Of a stretch of 38,100 bases of DNA, positions 27,072 through 35,722 are shown one piece after another. The notes below the pieces were generated by a model, which made no database searches, was not told the origin of the DNA, and saw nothing but the letters and a program-made list of their open reading frames with translations. A program made the position numbers and the translations under genes. The stretch is from an uncultured Ruminococcus sp. (GTDB lineage Bacteria > Bacillota > Clostridia > Oscillospirales > Acutalibacteraceae): contig CAZERR010000004.1 of the NCBI GenBank assembly GCA_964514785.1, positions 1 to 38,100 on the forward strand, in the 5' to 3' direction. Positions within the stretch are counted from its first letter, which is position 1; each line of letters opens with the position of its first letter.

Positions 27072-27593
27072 ATGACTATTTTTGATTCAGTAAAGAACGG
27101 ATTTTCAAGTGCATTTGATACAGTTTCCGGCGTTACTCAGACTTTAATTGAGAAGAATCGTCAGAACGCGCAGCTCAACCGTCTGCGCACCGTTATGAGA
27201 AATGAATGCGAGATGATCAACCGCGCGTATATCACCTTAGGTAAAAAGTATTACGAGGGTAAGGTCAACGGAAAGGTTGAAGTCTGCGAGAACGAGGAGG
27301 AGCTTTTCCGAATTATCGAAAACTCTAAGGCTCAGATCAAAAAGGCGAGAGAGCGTTATCTTAAGATAATCGAGAGCCGAAACATCGCTATTACCGAAAA
27401 ATATAACGTAGAGGATCTTGAGGATATCACCGTAGCCTGCTCTAACGAGGACGAGTACGGCGAGTCTCCGTTTGTCGGAGAGGCGGCAGCACCCGAGGAG
27501 ATGGATGACGCCTTTTCCGGAGATATAGATATCACTCCCGAAGCACCCGTTGCCGAGGGTGAGGGAGAGGTAGCTTCCGATGATAGCTTCTGA
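27072..27593 (+). CDS. Hypothetical coiled-coil protein with acidic tail
   Basis: GAGAGG RBS, host-like codon usage, AYITLGKKYYE motif, own terminator. Confidence 0.75.
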   Translation: MTIFDSVKNGFSSAFDTVSGVTQTLIEKNRQNAQLNRLRTVMRNECEMINRAYITLGKKYYEGKVNGKVEVCENEEELFRIIENSKAQIKKARERYLKIIESRNIAITEKYNVEDLEDITVACSNEDEYGESPFVGEAAAPEEMDDAFSGDIDITPEAPVAEGEGEVASDDSF

Positions 27594-27622
27594 TTAATAT
27601 TCTAAATTAGAATAAAAATGTT

Positions 27623-27652
27623 ACAGCCGAGTAATATCTCGGCTGTTTTTTT
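27623..27652 (+). terminator. Intrinsic terminator
   Basis: ACAGCCGAG-taatat-CTCGGCTGT followed by a T-run. Confidence 0.85.
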
Positions 27653-27952
27653 GCGAAAATTTCGTAAAAATATTAAAATCTTGTAATATTTTAGCCTAAG
27701 ATGTGAACGATATTGATTTTTCTGTTGTGAAAAACATTCACAAATTAGGATATATTTCCAAATATTACATTAAACCCCACAAAAGTATATAGATTGTTAA
27801 AACCAACTTAGTGAAAGTTCCGTAATTACCGCATTGTTATTGACTTTGCGGGGTCTCTTTGTTAGAATAAACGCGTTGTTTAAATCGATTTTAGAAAAAT
27901 GTTTTGAAGATTTATGCCTGCTGTGATTTAGGGCAGGCGACAAGGAGACTGT

Positions 27953-28807
27953 ATGAAGAAAAACAAAACTATCGCGTCCGTCGCGGCGGCGGCAGTAGTT
28001 ACTTCGATGTCGATATTCGGCGCTATGGCTCTTGAGTCTAACGCAAACGGAGTAATTAACACCGACGCACAGCTTAAGCCCGTTCATCGAGAGCTTAAGG
28101 TTTCAATCGATAAGGATAAAGTAGTTAAACGTTCGGGAAGACAGTTTAAGCTCAATGCTAAAACCAACGATGAAAACTACGATGTAACTTACTACAGCAC
28201 CGATTCAAAGGTTGCTTCCGTAAGCAGTAACGGCACAGTCCGTTTACAGAAAAAGGGTAAGGCTAAGATCATCGCGGAGTGTAACGGTGTTACCGAGACC
28301 TGCGATATCGTTGTTAAAAAGCCTAAGGCGAGAGCAGTTGCTTCTGAGGGCGGCTCCGCTCAGATCAAGCTCAATGTCAACAATATGAAGACAATTGAGA
28401 GTAAAATCGGTCATCAGACCCAGCACGCTTATCCTCAGTCCACTATAATGTGCAGCGCGTATTCATTCGCGTATGCGTATTATCAGGTAACAGGCGTTTT
28501 AAAGCCTGCGGGTTACTTCTGGTCACCCGGCGGATGTACATGGATCGGCGGTACATACCACCGTTACGGTTCCTCCGGCGAGATGCTTAATTCTATCAAA
28601 TCTCAGTTAGACAGCGGTAAGTCCTGTGTAGGCTTGCTTAGCACAGGTTCCTCGCCTAACCACTATGTGACCTTTATCGGTTACACAGGCAACGGTACAA
28701 GCCTCGGCGATTATACCGTGCTTGATCCGTGGGACGGTACTGTAAGATCCGGCGGAAGCTACGGCTACTGCTACATCGGCTACCATGTAGCTACAATCAA
28801 CAGCTAA
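27953..28807 (+). CDS. Secreted protein with Ig-like (Big_2) domain and C39-like papain-fold peptidase domain
   Basis: Signal peptide; YSTDSKVASVSSNGTV...KGKAKI Big_2 pattern; CSAYSFA...HYV...DPW Cys-His-Asp arrangement. Confidence 0.7.
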   Translation: MKKNKTIASVAAAAVVTSMSIFGAMALESNANGVINTDAQLKPVHRELKVSIDKDKVVKRSGRQFKLNAKTNDENYDVTYYSTDSKVASVSSNGTVRLQKKGKAKIIAECNGVTETCDIVVKKPKARAVASEGGSAQIKLNVNNMKTIESKIGHQTQHAYPQSTIMCSAYSFAYAYYQVTGVLKPAGYFWSPGGCTWIGGTYHRYGSSGEMLNSIKSQLDSGKSCVGLLSTGSSPNHYVTFIGYTGNGTSLGDYTVLDPWDGTVRSGGSYGYCYIGYHVATINS

Positions 28808-28812
28808 AAATT

Positions 28813-28845
28813 CGGCAGTAAAACTTATCGCAAGTTTTACTGCCG
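28813..28845. terminator. Bidirectional terminator
   Basis: CGGCAGTAAAACTT-atcgc-AAGTTTTACTGCCG between convergent genes. Confidence 0.85.
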
Positions 28846-28848
28846 TTT

Positions 28849-30576
28849 TTATTTAATTAAATGTTTTTTACTATTTTCGTTATTGATCCTCTCTTTTATC
28901 TTATCGTAGGTCACGCCGTATTTTTCGGCGATATCCTTGGCGTAGCTTACGCCCTGAGGCGGAGCGAGGCTTATCTTAAAGCTGCGCTGTCCGTTTGAAA
29001 CCCCGGTTACGAGACTTGCGACAGTGCTAGTGCCCTCGCTTGAGTTGAGCTCGTCTAAATCGCGCGCGAGTTCGTGCATATGGGTGTTAAAAATCGCTCT
29101 CGCGCCGAGATAGCGCATAGCCTTTACTACGTCCTTCGCGATAAACAGTCCTTCCGATACGTTAGTGGTCGCGAGACTCTCGTTCAAAAGCAGAAGACTT
29201 TTACCCGTAGCCTTTGAGAAGATTTCCGATAAACGCTTGCTTTCCTCTCCGAGCCTTCCGAGATCAACCGTATCGTTTTCATCGGCAGGGAAGTGGGTGA
29301 AAATGTTGTCACAGGGGCAGATGCGCGCGTATGAACCGGGCACATATACGCCCCACTGCGCTAAAAGCATAACGAGTCCGACTGCCTGAGTGATAATGGT
29401 CTTGCCGCCGCGGTTCGGTCCCGTGAGGATGAAAATGCGCTGATCATCGTTGAACTCGAGTTCATTCGTCACTATATCGATATTGTCGCCTTTTACGTTG
29501 TTTATTGCGAGTTTAAGATTATATAATTCTTTAAAAGAACAATTTCTGAGCTCCGGAGAATCTATCTCGGGTTTGCACATAGGCATCCCCAGCGCCCTTA
29601 TTTTATCAACAAGCTCAGCCCAGCGGATAAAGAAAATGATCTCGGGCGTGAGGTTTATAAGCGCGTAGCCGCTTATGCTTATATACTTTTTAAGGGTAGA
29701 TTTAATATCCTTAACTATCTTTTTGAGGATATCCGTTACCGATTTTTTGAGCGCGTCGGAGAGCGGGTCGGCGCCCGTAAGCTCGTTTGTCTCGATATGG
29801 ACGTTATGAGTAGCGCTCTGCTGAACGCTTCCGATAATTATGCTCGAAAAGGTCGTGGAGCGTACGCCGCTGTCGGGGTGGAAGTGGTTTAAATCACCCA
29901 CGTCAACTCCGGGGTGAAGTCCGTCAACGTCCTTCGTCGTAAAGCGCAGGAAGTTTTTCATAAGTCCCGAGGCTTTAAACTCGGTATCGTTGAGCGATAC
30001 TACTCCGGCATTTTTCGGGCGGAGCATTTTATCGAGGTTTACGCCGATCGTAATGCTTTTGAAGGTTCGCGCCTTCTCAAACATAAAGTCTATGTCCTTT
30101 TTTATCTCGGGAAAACCGCTGTTGTTGTAGATGTCGGTCACGATGCTTTTAAGCGTGAGCATACCCTCGGACTTAACGTCGAGCTTTTCGAGTACCTCCT
30201 TGATACGGGTGATGCAGTTGACGTAATCGTCGATCTCCCTGAGCCTGTTTATTAAAAGCCAAAGCGAGGACGCCTCCTGATCCTTCTGGAAGCGTTCAAT
30301 TTCCCTTAAATCGGCAAGCTTTACCACAAGCTCGCTGAGTTCTGTCCTTAATTCGGGATAGTTTAAGAAATCCTCGAAGATATCGCGGCGGTATAGGATC
30401 GTATCCTTATCGTCCGTAATGTTGGTCATAATCTTTTTTAGGAGGTTTTTCTCGTAATCATCCCCGGTCAGCGCGTCAACGATAAAGTCGATAGAAAGGT
30501 CGTTTACCGCTTCCTCGGTGAGAGTGTTTTCCTTTCTCTCGGAATTTTCGGGATATAAAAGGCTGAAGTTTTCCAT
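28849..30576 (-). CDS. MutS-related ATPase (domain V only; not MutS1 or MutS2)
   Basis: Motifs ILTGPNRGGKT, IFTHFP, GRLGEE, LLLNES, FNTH, SYA..IA; no mismatch-binding or Smr domain. Confidence 0.82.
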   Translation of the reverse strand: MENFSLLYPENSERKENTLTEEAVNDLSIDFIVDALTGDDYEKNLLKKIMTNITDDKDTILYRRDIFEDFLNYPELRTELSELVVKLADLREIERFQKDQEASSLWLLINRLREIDDYVNCITRIKEVLEKLDVKSEGMLTLKSIVTDIYNNSGFPEIKKDIDFMFEKARTFKSITIGVNLDKMLRPKNAGVVSLNDTEFKASGLMKNFLRFTTKDVDGLHPGVDVGDLNHFHPDSGVRSTTFSSIIIGSVQQSATHNVHIETNELTGADPLSDALKKSVTDILKKIVKDIKSTLKKYISISGYALINLTPEIIFFIRWAELVDKIRALGMPMCKPEIDSPELRNCSFKELYNLKLAINNVKGDNIDIVTNELEFNDDQRIFILTGPNRGGKTIITQAVGLVMLLAQWGVYVPGSYARICPCDNIFTHFPADENDTVDLGRLGEESKRLSEIFSKATGKSLLLLNESLATTNVSEGLFIAKDVVKAMRYLGARAIFNTHMHELARDLDELNSSEGTSTVASLVTGVSNGQRSFKISLAPPQGVSYAKDIAEKYGVTYDKIKERINNENSKKHLIK

Positions 30577-30730
30577 AACGTTTCTCCTGAGTTCTTATAA
30601 GCTTATTATAGATTAATGATATTTAAATTACAAGATATATTCTGTCATATATATCTGAAGTTTCTCTTAAGAAAAGGTAACGCTTTATTTTTTTATAAAA
30701 CTGTGTTATACTATCACCGAGGTGATTTAA

Positions 30731-30949
30731 GTGGACGAGATGATCAAGAGAATCAACGAGCTGGCTAAGAAGAAAAGGGAAGAGGGCTTAACCGAGACTG
30801 AGCAGAAGGAGCAGAAGGAGCTCTATAAAAAATATCTCGCCGGCTTCAGACAGAACGTTGAAAAGCAGCTCGATAATACCGACGTCGAATTTCCCGACGG
30901 ACGCGTACTGCCCTTTAAAAAGGCGGCTAAGGAGAGCAGAAAGCAGTAG
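30731..30949 (+). CDS. DUF896 (UPF0291/YnzC-like) protein
   Basis: IKRINELAKKKREEGLTETEQKEQKELYKKYLAGFR; GAGGTG RBS. Confidence 0.88.
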   Translation: MDEMIKRINELAKKKREEGLTETEQKEQKELYKKYLAGFRQNVEKQLDNTDVEFPDGRVLPFKKAAKESRKQ

Positions 30950-30951
30950 AT

Positions 30952-31092
30952 ATGTTTGAATTTTTACAGGAAAATATCGGCGGAGTATGTATCGCGATAG
31001 GAATAATCGTCCTCGCTCCGGGAGCAGTAAAGCTTATCCGCGCGATTTACAACATTTATAAGGGCAATAACGATAATAAAGAGGATAAATAA
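30952..31092 (+). CDS. Small single-TM protein (46 aa), not in the ORF track
   Basis: Manual translation MFEFLQENIGGVCIAIGIIVLAPGAVKLIRAIYNIYKGNNDNKEDK*. Starts 2 nt after the DUF896 stop and ends just before a terminator. Confidence 0.6.
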   Translation: MFEFLQENIGGVCIAIGIIVLAPGAVKLIRAIYNIYKGNNDNKEDK

Positions 31093-31096
31093 AGCA

Positions 31097-31131
31097 AAAC
31101 CCCTGCGCAGTTTAGAACTGAACAGGGGTTG
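31097..31131. terminator. Terminator-like hairpin between convergent genes
   Basis: AACCCCTG-cg-CAGTT-tag-AACTG-aa-CAGGGGTT. Confidence 0.65.
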
Positions 31132-31170
31132 ATTATTTGTACTTTCAGATGTTTAAATAAGCTTAACTGC

Positions 31171-32904
31171 TTAGTCTTTCTTATACTTCTGAGCCTTTCT
31201 TTCGTCGTTAGTAACGAATTTGACGATAACGAGAGTGCCGAGCATAATAACAATAGCGATCGGCAGGGAAATCATCCAGTTCTGGATAAAGCCTGCGATA
31301 ATAAAGGAAATAAAGCTTATTCCTGCAACCGTTAGCGCATATGGCAGCTGAGTCGAAACGTGGTTGATATGGTTACACTGAGCGCCTGCCGAGGACATAA
31401 TAGTCGTATCGGAAATCGGTGAGCAGTGGTCGCCGCAAACAGCACCTGCAAGACATGCGGAGATACCGATGATCTGGAGCTCGCCTGTGGGGAAGATTGA
31501 AAGAACGATAGGAATAAGGATTCCGAAGGTTCCCCATGATGTTCCTGTTGAGAATGAAAGGAAGCATGCAACGAGGAAGATGATCGCGGGAAGGAAGTTA
31601 GCGAGTCCCGCTGCGGCGCCGCTCATGATGTCAGCAACGAAGTACTTAGCGCCGAGGTCCATTGTGATATTTTTAAGAGCTGTAGCGAAGGTGAGGATGA
31701 GGATCGGGGGTACCATAGCGATAAAGCCCTTGGGAACAGCGTCCATACTCTCCTTGAAGGTAACGACCTTACGGATCATAAGATAAACGATTGAGAATAC
31801 GAGAGCGACCGCGCCTGCCCACGGAAGAGCGACTGTAGCGTCGGTATTACCGAAGGCGCTAATAAAGTTGCCGAAGTTATCCTTATCGCTGTTGTCGAGG
31901 AATCCGCCTACATAAATCAGAGCGAATACCGAAACGCCGATGAGGAAAAGAACGGGGAGAATAAGGTCGATAACTCTGCCTCTGGGATTAGGCTCTTCGT
32001 TTTCAAGCTCCTTGTCAACTCTCTCGCCGGTTGTATAGAGATCGTCCTTATACTTAGCGTTATACTCGTGCATAGCCATTGAGCCGTAATCGAAGCCCAT
32101 AATGCACAGAGCGATGATAAATACGAATGTTAAAAGTGAATAGAAGTTGTAGGGGATAGCAAGCATAAAGAGCTTTAAGCCCTGGCCGTCCTCGGCGTAT
32201 GATGATACAGCAGCCGCCCATGAGGAAATCGGAGCTATCATACATACCGGAGCAGCCGTAGCGTCGATAAGATACGCGAACTTTGCGCGCGAGATCTTAT
32301 GACCGTCGGTAACCGGTTTCATAACCGAGCCTACAGTTAAGCAGTTGAAATAGTCGTCGATAAAGATAAGTACGCCTAAGGCGAATGTAGCGAGCATAGC
32401 GCCCATACGCGTTTTGATGTGGGTAGCTGCCCAGCGTCCGAACGCCTGCGAGCCTCCGGCTTTATTGACCAGCGCGACTATTATTCCAAGCTCGACCAGG
32501 AATATGAATACGCCTGCCGTTGCGCTTACCGCGGAAATCAGTCCGTTGTTTGTGATTTCATTCATCGCCGAGAGCGGATGGAAATGAGTTCCGAAAAGTC
32601 CGCCTGCTTCCGTAGCGTAGATAATACCGCCGGAAACAAGACCGATAGCGAGCGAGGAATAAACCTCTTTAGTGATCAGCGCCAGCGCGATAGCGATTAT
32701 CGGCGGAAGAAGAGCCCACCATGTGCCTCTTACAGCGCCTTCGCCGCCGCAGGTTTCGCATGCCGCGTTATCGACAAGCTTAGCGCCGCCGCAATCGGGA
32801 CACTTGACTGTTCCGAGCGAGTCGCCGGAAACGACCGCGCCTACGATCAGACCTACGATGACAACTGCAACGATGATCAAAATGATTTTCTTTACATTTG
32901 ACAT
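31171..32904 (-). CDS. NhaC-family antiporter, probable lysine transporter (LysW-type)
   Basis: Motifs IFIDDYFNCL, DATAAPVCMIAPISSW, STGTSWGTFGI, GDHCSPISDTT; lysine riboswitch upstream. Start moved to ATG 32904 after GGAGG. Confidence 0.88.
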   Translation of the reverse strand: MSNVKKIILIIVAVVIVGLIVGAVVSGDSLGTVKCPDCGGAKLVDNAACETCGGEGAVRGTWWALLPPIIAIALALITKEVYSSLAIGLVSGGIIYATEAGGLFGTHFHPLSAMNEITNNGLISAVSATAGVFIFLVELGIIVALVNKAGGSQAFGRWAATHIKTRMGAMLATFALGVLIFIDDYFNCLTVGSVMKPVTDGHKISRAKFAYLIDATAAPVCMIAPISSWAAAVSSYAEDGQGLKLFMLAIPYNFYSLLTFVFIIALCIMGFDYGSMAMHEYNAKYKDDLYTTGERVDKELENEEPNPRGRVIDLILPVLFLIGVSVFALIYVGGFLDNSDKDNFGNFISAFGNTDATVALPWAGAVALVFSIVYLMIRKVVTFKESMDAVPKGFIAMVPPILILTFATALKNITMDLGAKYFVADIMSGAAAGLANFLPAIIFLVACFLSFSTGTSWGTFGILIPIVLSIFPTGELQIIGISACLAGAVCGDHCSPISDTTIMSSAGAQCNHINHVSTQLPYALTVAGISFISFIIAGFIQNWMISLPIAIVIMLGTLVIVKFVTNDERKAQKYKKD

Positions 32905-32932
32905 TGTTCTACCTCCAAAGTTTTTGATAGTT

Positions 32933-32968
32933 GAAAAAATAAAGCCGCGGCGCGAGCCACGGTTTTTT
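32933..32968 (-). terminator. Riboswitch expression-platform terminator
   Basis: Minus strand CCGTGGC-tcgc-GCCGCGG-CTTTATTTTTT between the aptamer and the RBS. Confidence 0.75.
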
Positions 32969-32980
32969 ATCATAAAACTG

Positions 32981-33134
32981 AATAGCTCTCCGCATTCGCG
33001 ACAGTACAGCGCATATTCTGCGTTATACCAGCGTAAAACACCCGGAAAAGCCTTTTACACTTCGGCGGTTATTCCTTTCGCGCACATCGTTTCCGCGTGA
33101 AAAGTGCGTTACTGATAATACCCGCGCCTCTATT
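32981..33134 (-). promoter_or_regulatory. Lysine riboswitch (L-box) aptamer
   Basis: Minus strand AATAGAGGCGCG...AGTA...GAAAGG...CGCCGAA...CTGG...GAATA...ACTGTC...GGAGAGCTATT, with closing P1 AATAG/CTATT. Confidence 0.92.
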
Positions 33135-33153
33135 TCTATTTACAACTTCGATT

Positions 33154-33183
33154 ATTATATACCAAAAAACGCCAACAAGTCAA
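33154..33183 (-). promoter_or_regulatory. SigA promoter of the riboswitch leader
   Basis: TTGACT-18-TATAAT on the minus strand. Confidence 0.6.
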
Positions 33184-33219
33184 TAGATTTCGATAATATT
33201 TTACAAAAACAATGAAAAA

Positions 33220-33245
33220 CTCCCCCTGCTTTTCAGCAGGGGGAG
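33220..33245 (-). terminator. Intrinsic terminator of the LRR gene
   Basis: CTCCCCCTGCT-gaaa-AGCAGGGGGAG followed by TTTTT on the minus strand. Confidence 0.85.
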
Positions 33246-33255
33246 AATCAGATGA

Positions 33256-35529
33256 TTATTTAATCTTAAATTTAATTGTTTTATAAATAGTTTTCGCTTT
33301 GTATTTATCGTTACCTGCGGCTTTTACCTTGATTCTGATTTTATAAGTTCCCTTATATTTTCCCTTTTTAAGGTAAATGCCGTTCTTTGTTACCGTTATC
33401 TTTTTATAGATTTTTGCAGTTGAGCCTTTTTTTACCTTAGAAACGGTAAGTTTACCCTGAGCCGCGGTAATCTTAAGCGAGGCAACCTTAACGCGCTTTT
33501 TCGCTTTTATGAGCGTTTTGCTTCTGAGTGTTTTACCTTTTGCGGTCAGCTTTACTGTGTTTTTATCTTGATCCGACGTAGCGGGGGAAGGACTTATGTC
33601 GTCCGCTTTTTCAGAATCCGGCTCGGTTGCCGCGGGCTGAGTCTGGGCTTCTGTAGGAGCTGTTGTTGCGTCGGAGGCGGGAGATGCCGGATCAGTAGTA
33701 GCGGGAGTGGATGGATCTGTCGAAGGCGAGCTCGGATCGGTAGAGGAAGGCTCGGTAGAAACCGGAGCGGTCGGAGCGTCGGTCGCGGGCTGAGTAGGAG
33801 TGTCCGTCTGAGCTTCACTCGGATCTTTAAAGGTAAACTCGTTAAGCTCAGCGTATAATTCGGCTTTTGTTCCGGGATGTCCGTAGATAGTAAAGTCGTC
33901 TGTTTTTTGATAATCTTCACCATCATAGTAATAACCAAACGCCAGTATGCCAATACTCTCAACGCCGTCCGGGATTGTTACGCTCTTAAGGCTTGTGCAG
34001 TAATAAAACGCGTACTGGTCTATACTTTTAACACTGTCCGGGATAGTTACGCTCTTAAGATTTTTGCATAAATCAAACGCCGCGTAACCTATACTCGTAA
34101 CGCCGCTGCCTATCGTCACGCTCTCAAGGCTTGTGCAGTAATAAAACGCGTTTTCGCCTATACTCGTAACGGAGCCCGGAATAACTAAATCTTTAACTAA
34201 CTCGCCGTTTAAGTATAAGTTGTGATTGATTTTGTTATTAAAAATTTTACTATCGTTAAAGCTGAGATATGAAGCAACGTCTGAAATATATAAATCAGTC
34301 AGAGATGAACAACCTAAGAACGCATTTTCGCCCATACTCTTAACACCGCTGCCTATCTTTACCGTTTTGAGGCTTGCGCAGTCTTTAAACGCATCCCTTC
34401 CTATACTCGTAACGTTGTCCGGGATAGTTATGATCTCAAGACTTGTGCAGCCTTCAAACGCGCAAGAATCTATACTTTTAACACCGCTGCCTATCGTCAC
34501 GTTTTTGAGGCTTGTACAATCTCTAAACATATCAATGCTTATACTCGTTACGCTGTCAGGTATAGTTACGCTCTCAAGGCTTGTGCAGTAATAAAACGCG
34601 TTTTCGCCTATACTCGTAACGCTGTCAGGGATAGTTATGCTCTTGAGGTTTGTACATTTATAAAACGCGTCACCACCTATACTCTTAACGCTGTCAGGGA
34701 TAGTTACGCTTTTAAGACTTGAGCAATATTCAAATGCATTTTCACCTATACTCGTAACGCCGCTGCCTATCGTTACGCTCTTAAGCTTTTCGAAATGACT
34801 AAACGCCCAGTCGCCTATACTCGTAACGCTGTCCGGGATAATTACGCTTTCGATGCTTCTGCAATAAGAAAACGCATGCCCGCATATAGTCACAACGCTG
34901 TCCGGGATATTAACGCTTTCAAGATTTTCGCAGCCGTAAAACGCATATTCCCCTACAGTAAGCGTACCGTTCTTTATGCTGTAAGCTCCGGATATAGTTT
35001 CCTTAGCCGCTATCAGATGGTTTCCTATATATAGGACATCATTTTCCCAGTTGCTCTCGTTATTATAATAAGCTGTATTAATAAACGCACCCCAGCCTAT
35101 AGTCACAACGCTGTCCGGAATCGTTAGGCTCTTAATGCTTTCGCAGTTACCAAATGCATGCCTGCCTATACTCGTAACGCTGTCCGGGATAGTTGCGCTT
35201 TCAAGATTTGCGCAGCTATCAAACGCGTATTCTCCTATATTCGTAACTCCGTTTTCAATAATTACATTTTTTATCTTATTACTTATTGAGTTCCACGGAA
35301 TATCTGATAAAAAGATGTAATCTTTCATAGCTCCGCTGCCGCTGATCGTGAGCGTGCCTGTGCTTTCGTCCAGGCTCCACGAACAGTCGCCCGTTTTACC
35401 GCTTGTCTCACCGTCCGCGGCGGCTGCCTTTGACTGCGCCGCTCCCGCTGTTACGGGAGCTAAAACAAACACACCCGTCAGCATAAGCAAAGCCAAAACG
35501 AGGCACAGCGCTTTTTTCATAGTTTTCAT
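33256..35529 (-). CDS. BspA-like leucine-rich-repeat (LRR_5/TpLRR) surface protein
   Basis: Signal peptide, GTLTISGSGAM cap, many 23-aa L.SVTIPDSVTSIG..AF..C repeats, P/T/S linker, Lys-rich C-terminal domain. Confidence 0.9.
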   Translation of the reverse strand: MKTMKKALCLVLALLMLTGVFVLAPVTAGAAQSKAAAADGETSGKTGDCSWSLDESTGTLTISGSGAMKDYIFLSDIPWNSISNKIKNVIIENGVTNIGEYAFDSCANLESATIPDSVTSIGRHAFGNCESIKSLTIPDSVVTIGWGAFINTAYYNNESNWENDVLYIGNHLIAAKETISGAYSIKNGTLTVGEYAFYGCENLESVNIPDSVVTICGHAFSYCRSIESVIIPDSVTSIGDWAFSHFEKLKSVTIGSGVTSIGENAFEYCSSLKSVTIPDSVKSIGGDAFYKCTNLKSITIPDSVTSIGENAFYYCTSLESVTIPDSVTSISIDMFRDCTSLKNVTIGSGVKSIDSCAFEGCTSLEIITIPDNVTSIGRDAFKDCASLKTVKIGSGVKSMGENAFLGCSSLTDLYISDVASYLSFNDSKIFNNKINHNLYLNGELVKDLVIPGSVTSIGENAFYYCTSLESVTIGSGVTSIGYAAFDLCKNLKSVTIPDSVKSIDQYAFYYCTSLKSVTIPDGVESIGILAFGYYYDGEDYQKTDDFTIYGHPGTKAELYAELNEFTFKDPSEAQTDTPTQPATDAPTAPVSTEPSSTDPSSPSTDPSTPATTDPASPASDATTAPTEAQTQPAATEPDSEKADDISPSPATSDQDKNTVKLTAKGKTLRSKTLIKAKKRVKVASLKITAAQGKLTVSKVKKGSTAKIYKKITVTKNGIYLKKGKYKGTYKIRIKVKAAGNDKYKAKTIYKTIKFKIK
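33950..35270. repeat. Intragenic 69-bp LRR-coding repeats
   Basis: Recurrent CCTATACTCGTAACGCTGTCCGGGATAGTTACGCT-type units; exact 54-bp duplicate at 34118-34171 and 34568-34621. Confidence 0.85.
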
Positions 35530-35722
35530 TATAATTCCTCCTTATGAAAATGTTTAGTTTGTGACGCTGGGGATCTCACCGGCGATAACATATGATAATC
35601 TGTTTAAACTATAGAGCAGACAATCCGCGTGTTCTGTATTAATATTTAAATTAATTTACTTTGTATTCTTTTTACATTCTAGGGAACATATTTACGCGTA
35701 CATCCGAAGAAAGAAAAACTGG

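Noticed and set aside
32905-33100. N-terminal extension of the transporter ORF and the overlapping plus-strand 142-aa ORF
   Set aside because: Both overlap the riboswitch or its terminator; the real RBS GGAGG precedes ATG 32904.
33950-35270. LRR repeats as a DGR template/variable pair
   Set aside because: The repeats are in-frame protein repeats, differences are not adenine-specific, and no RT is present.
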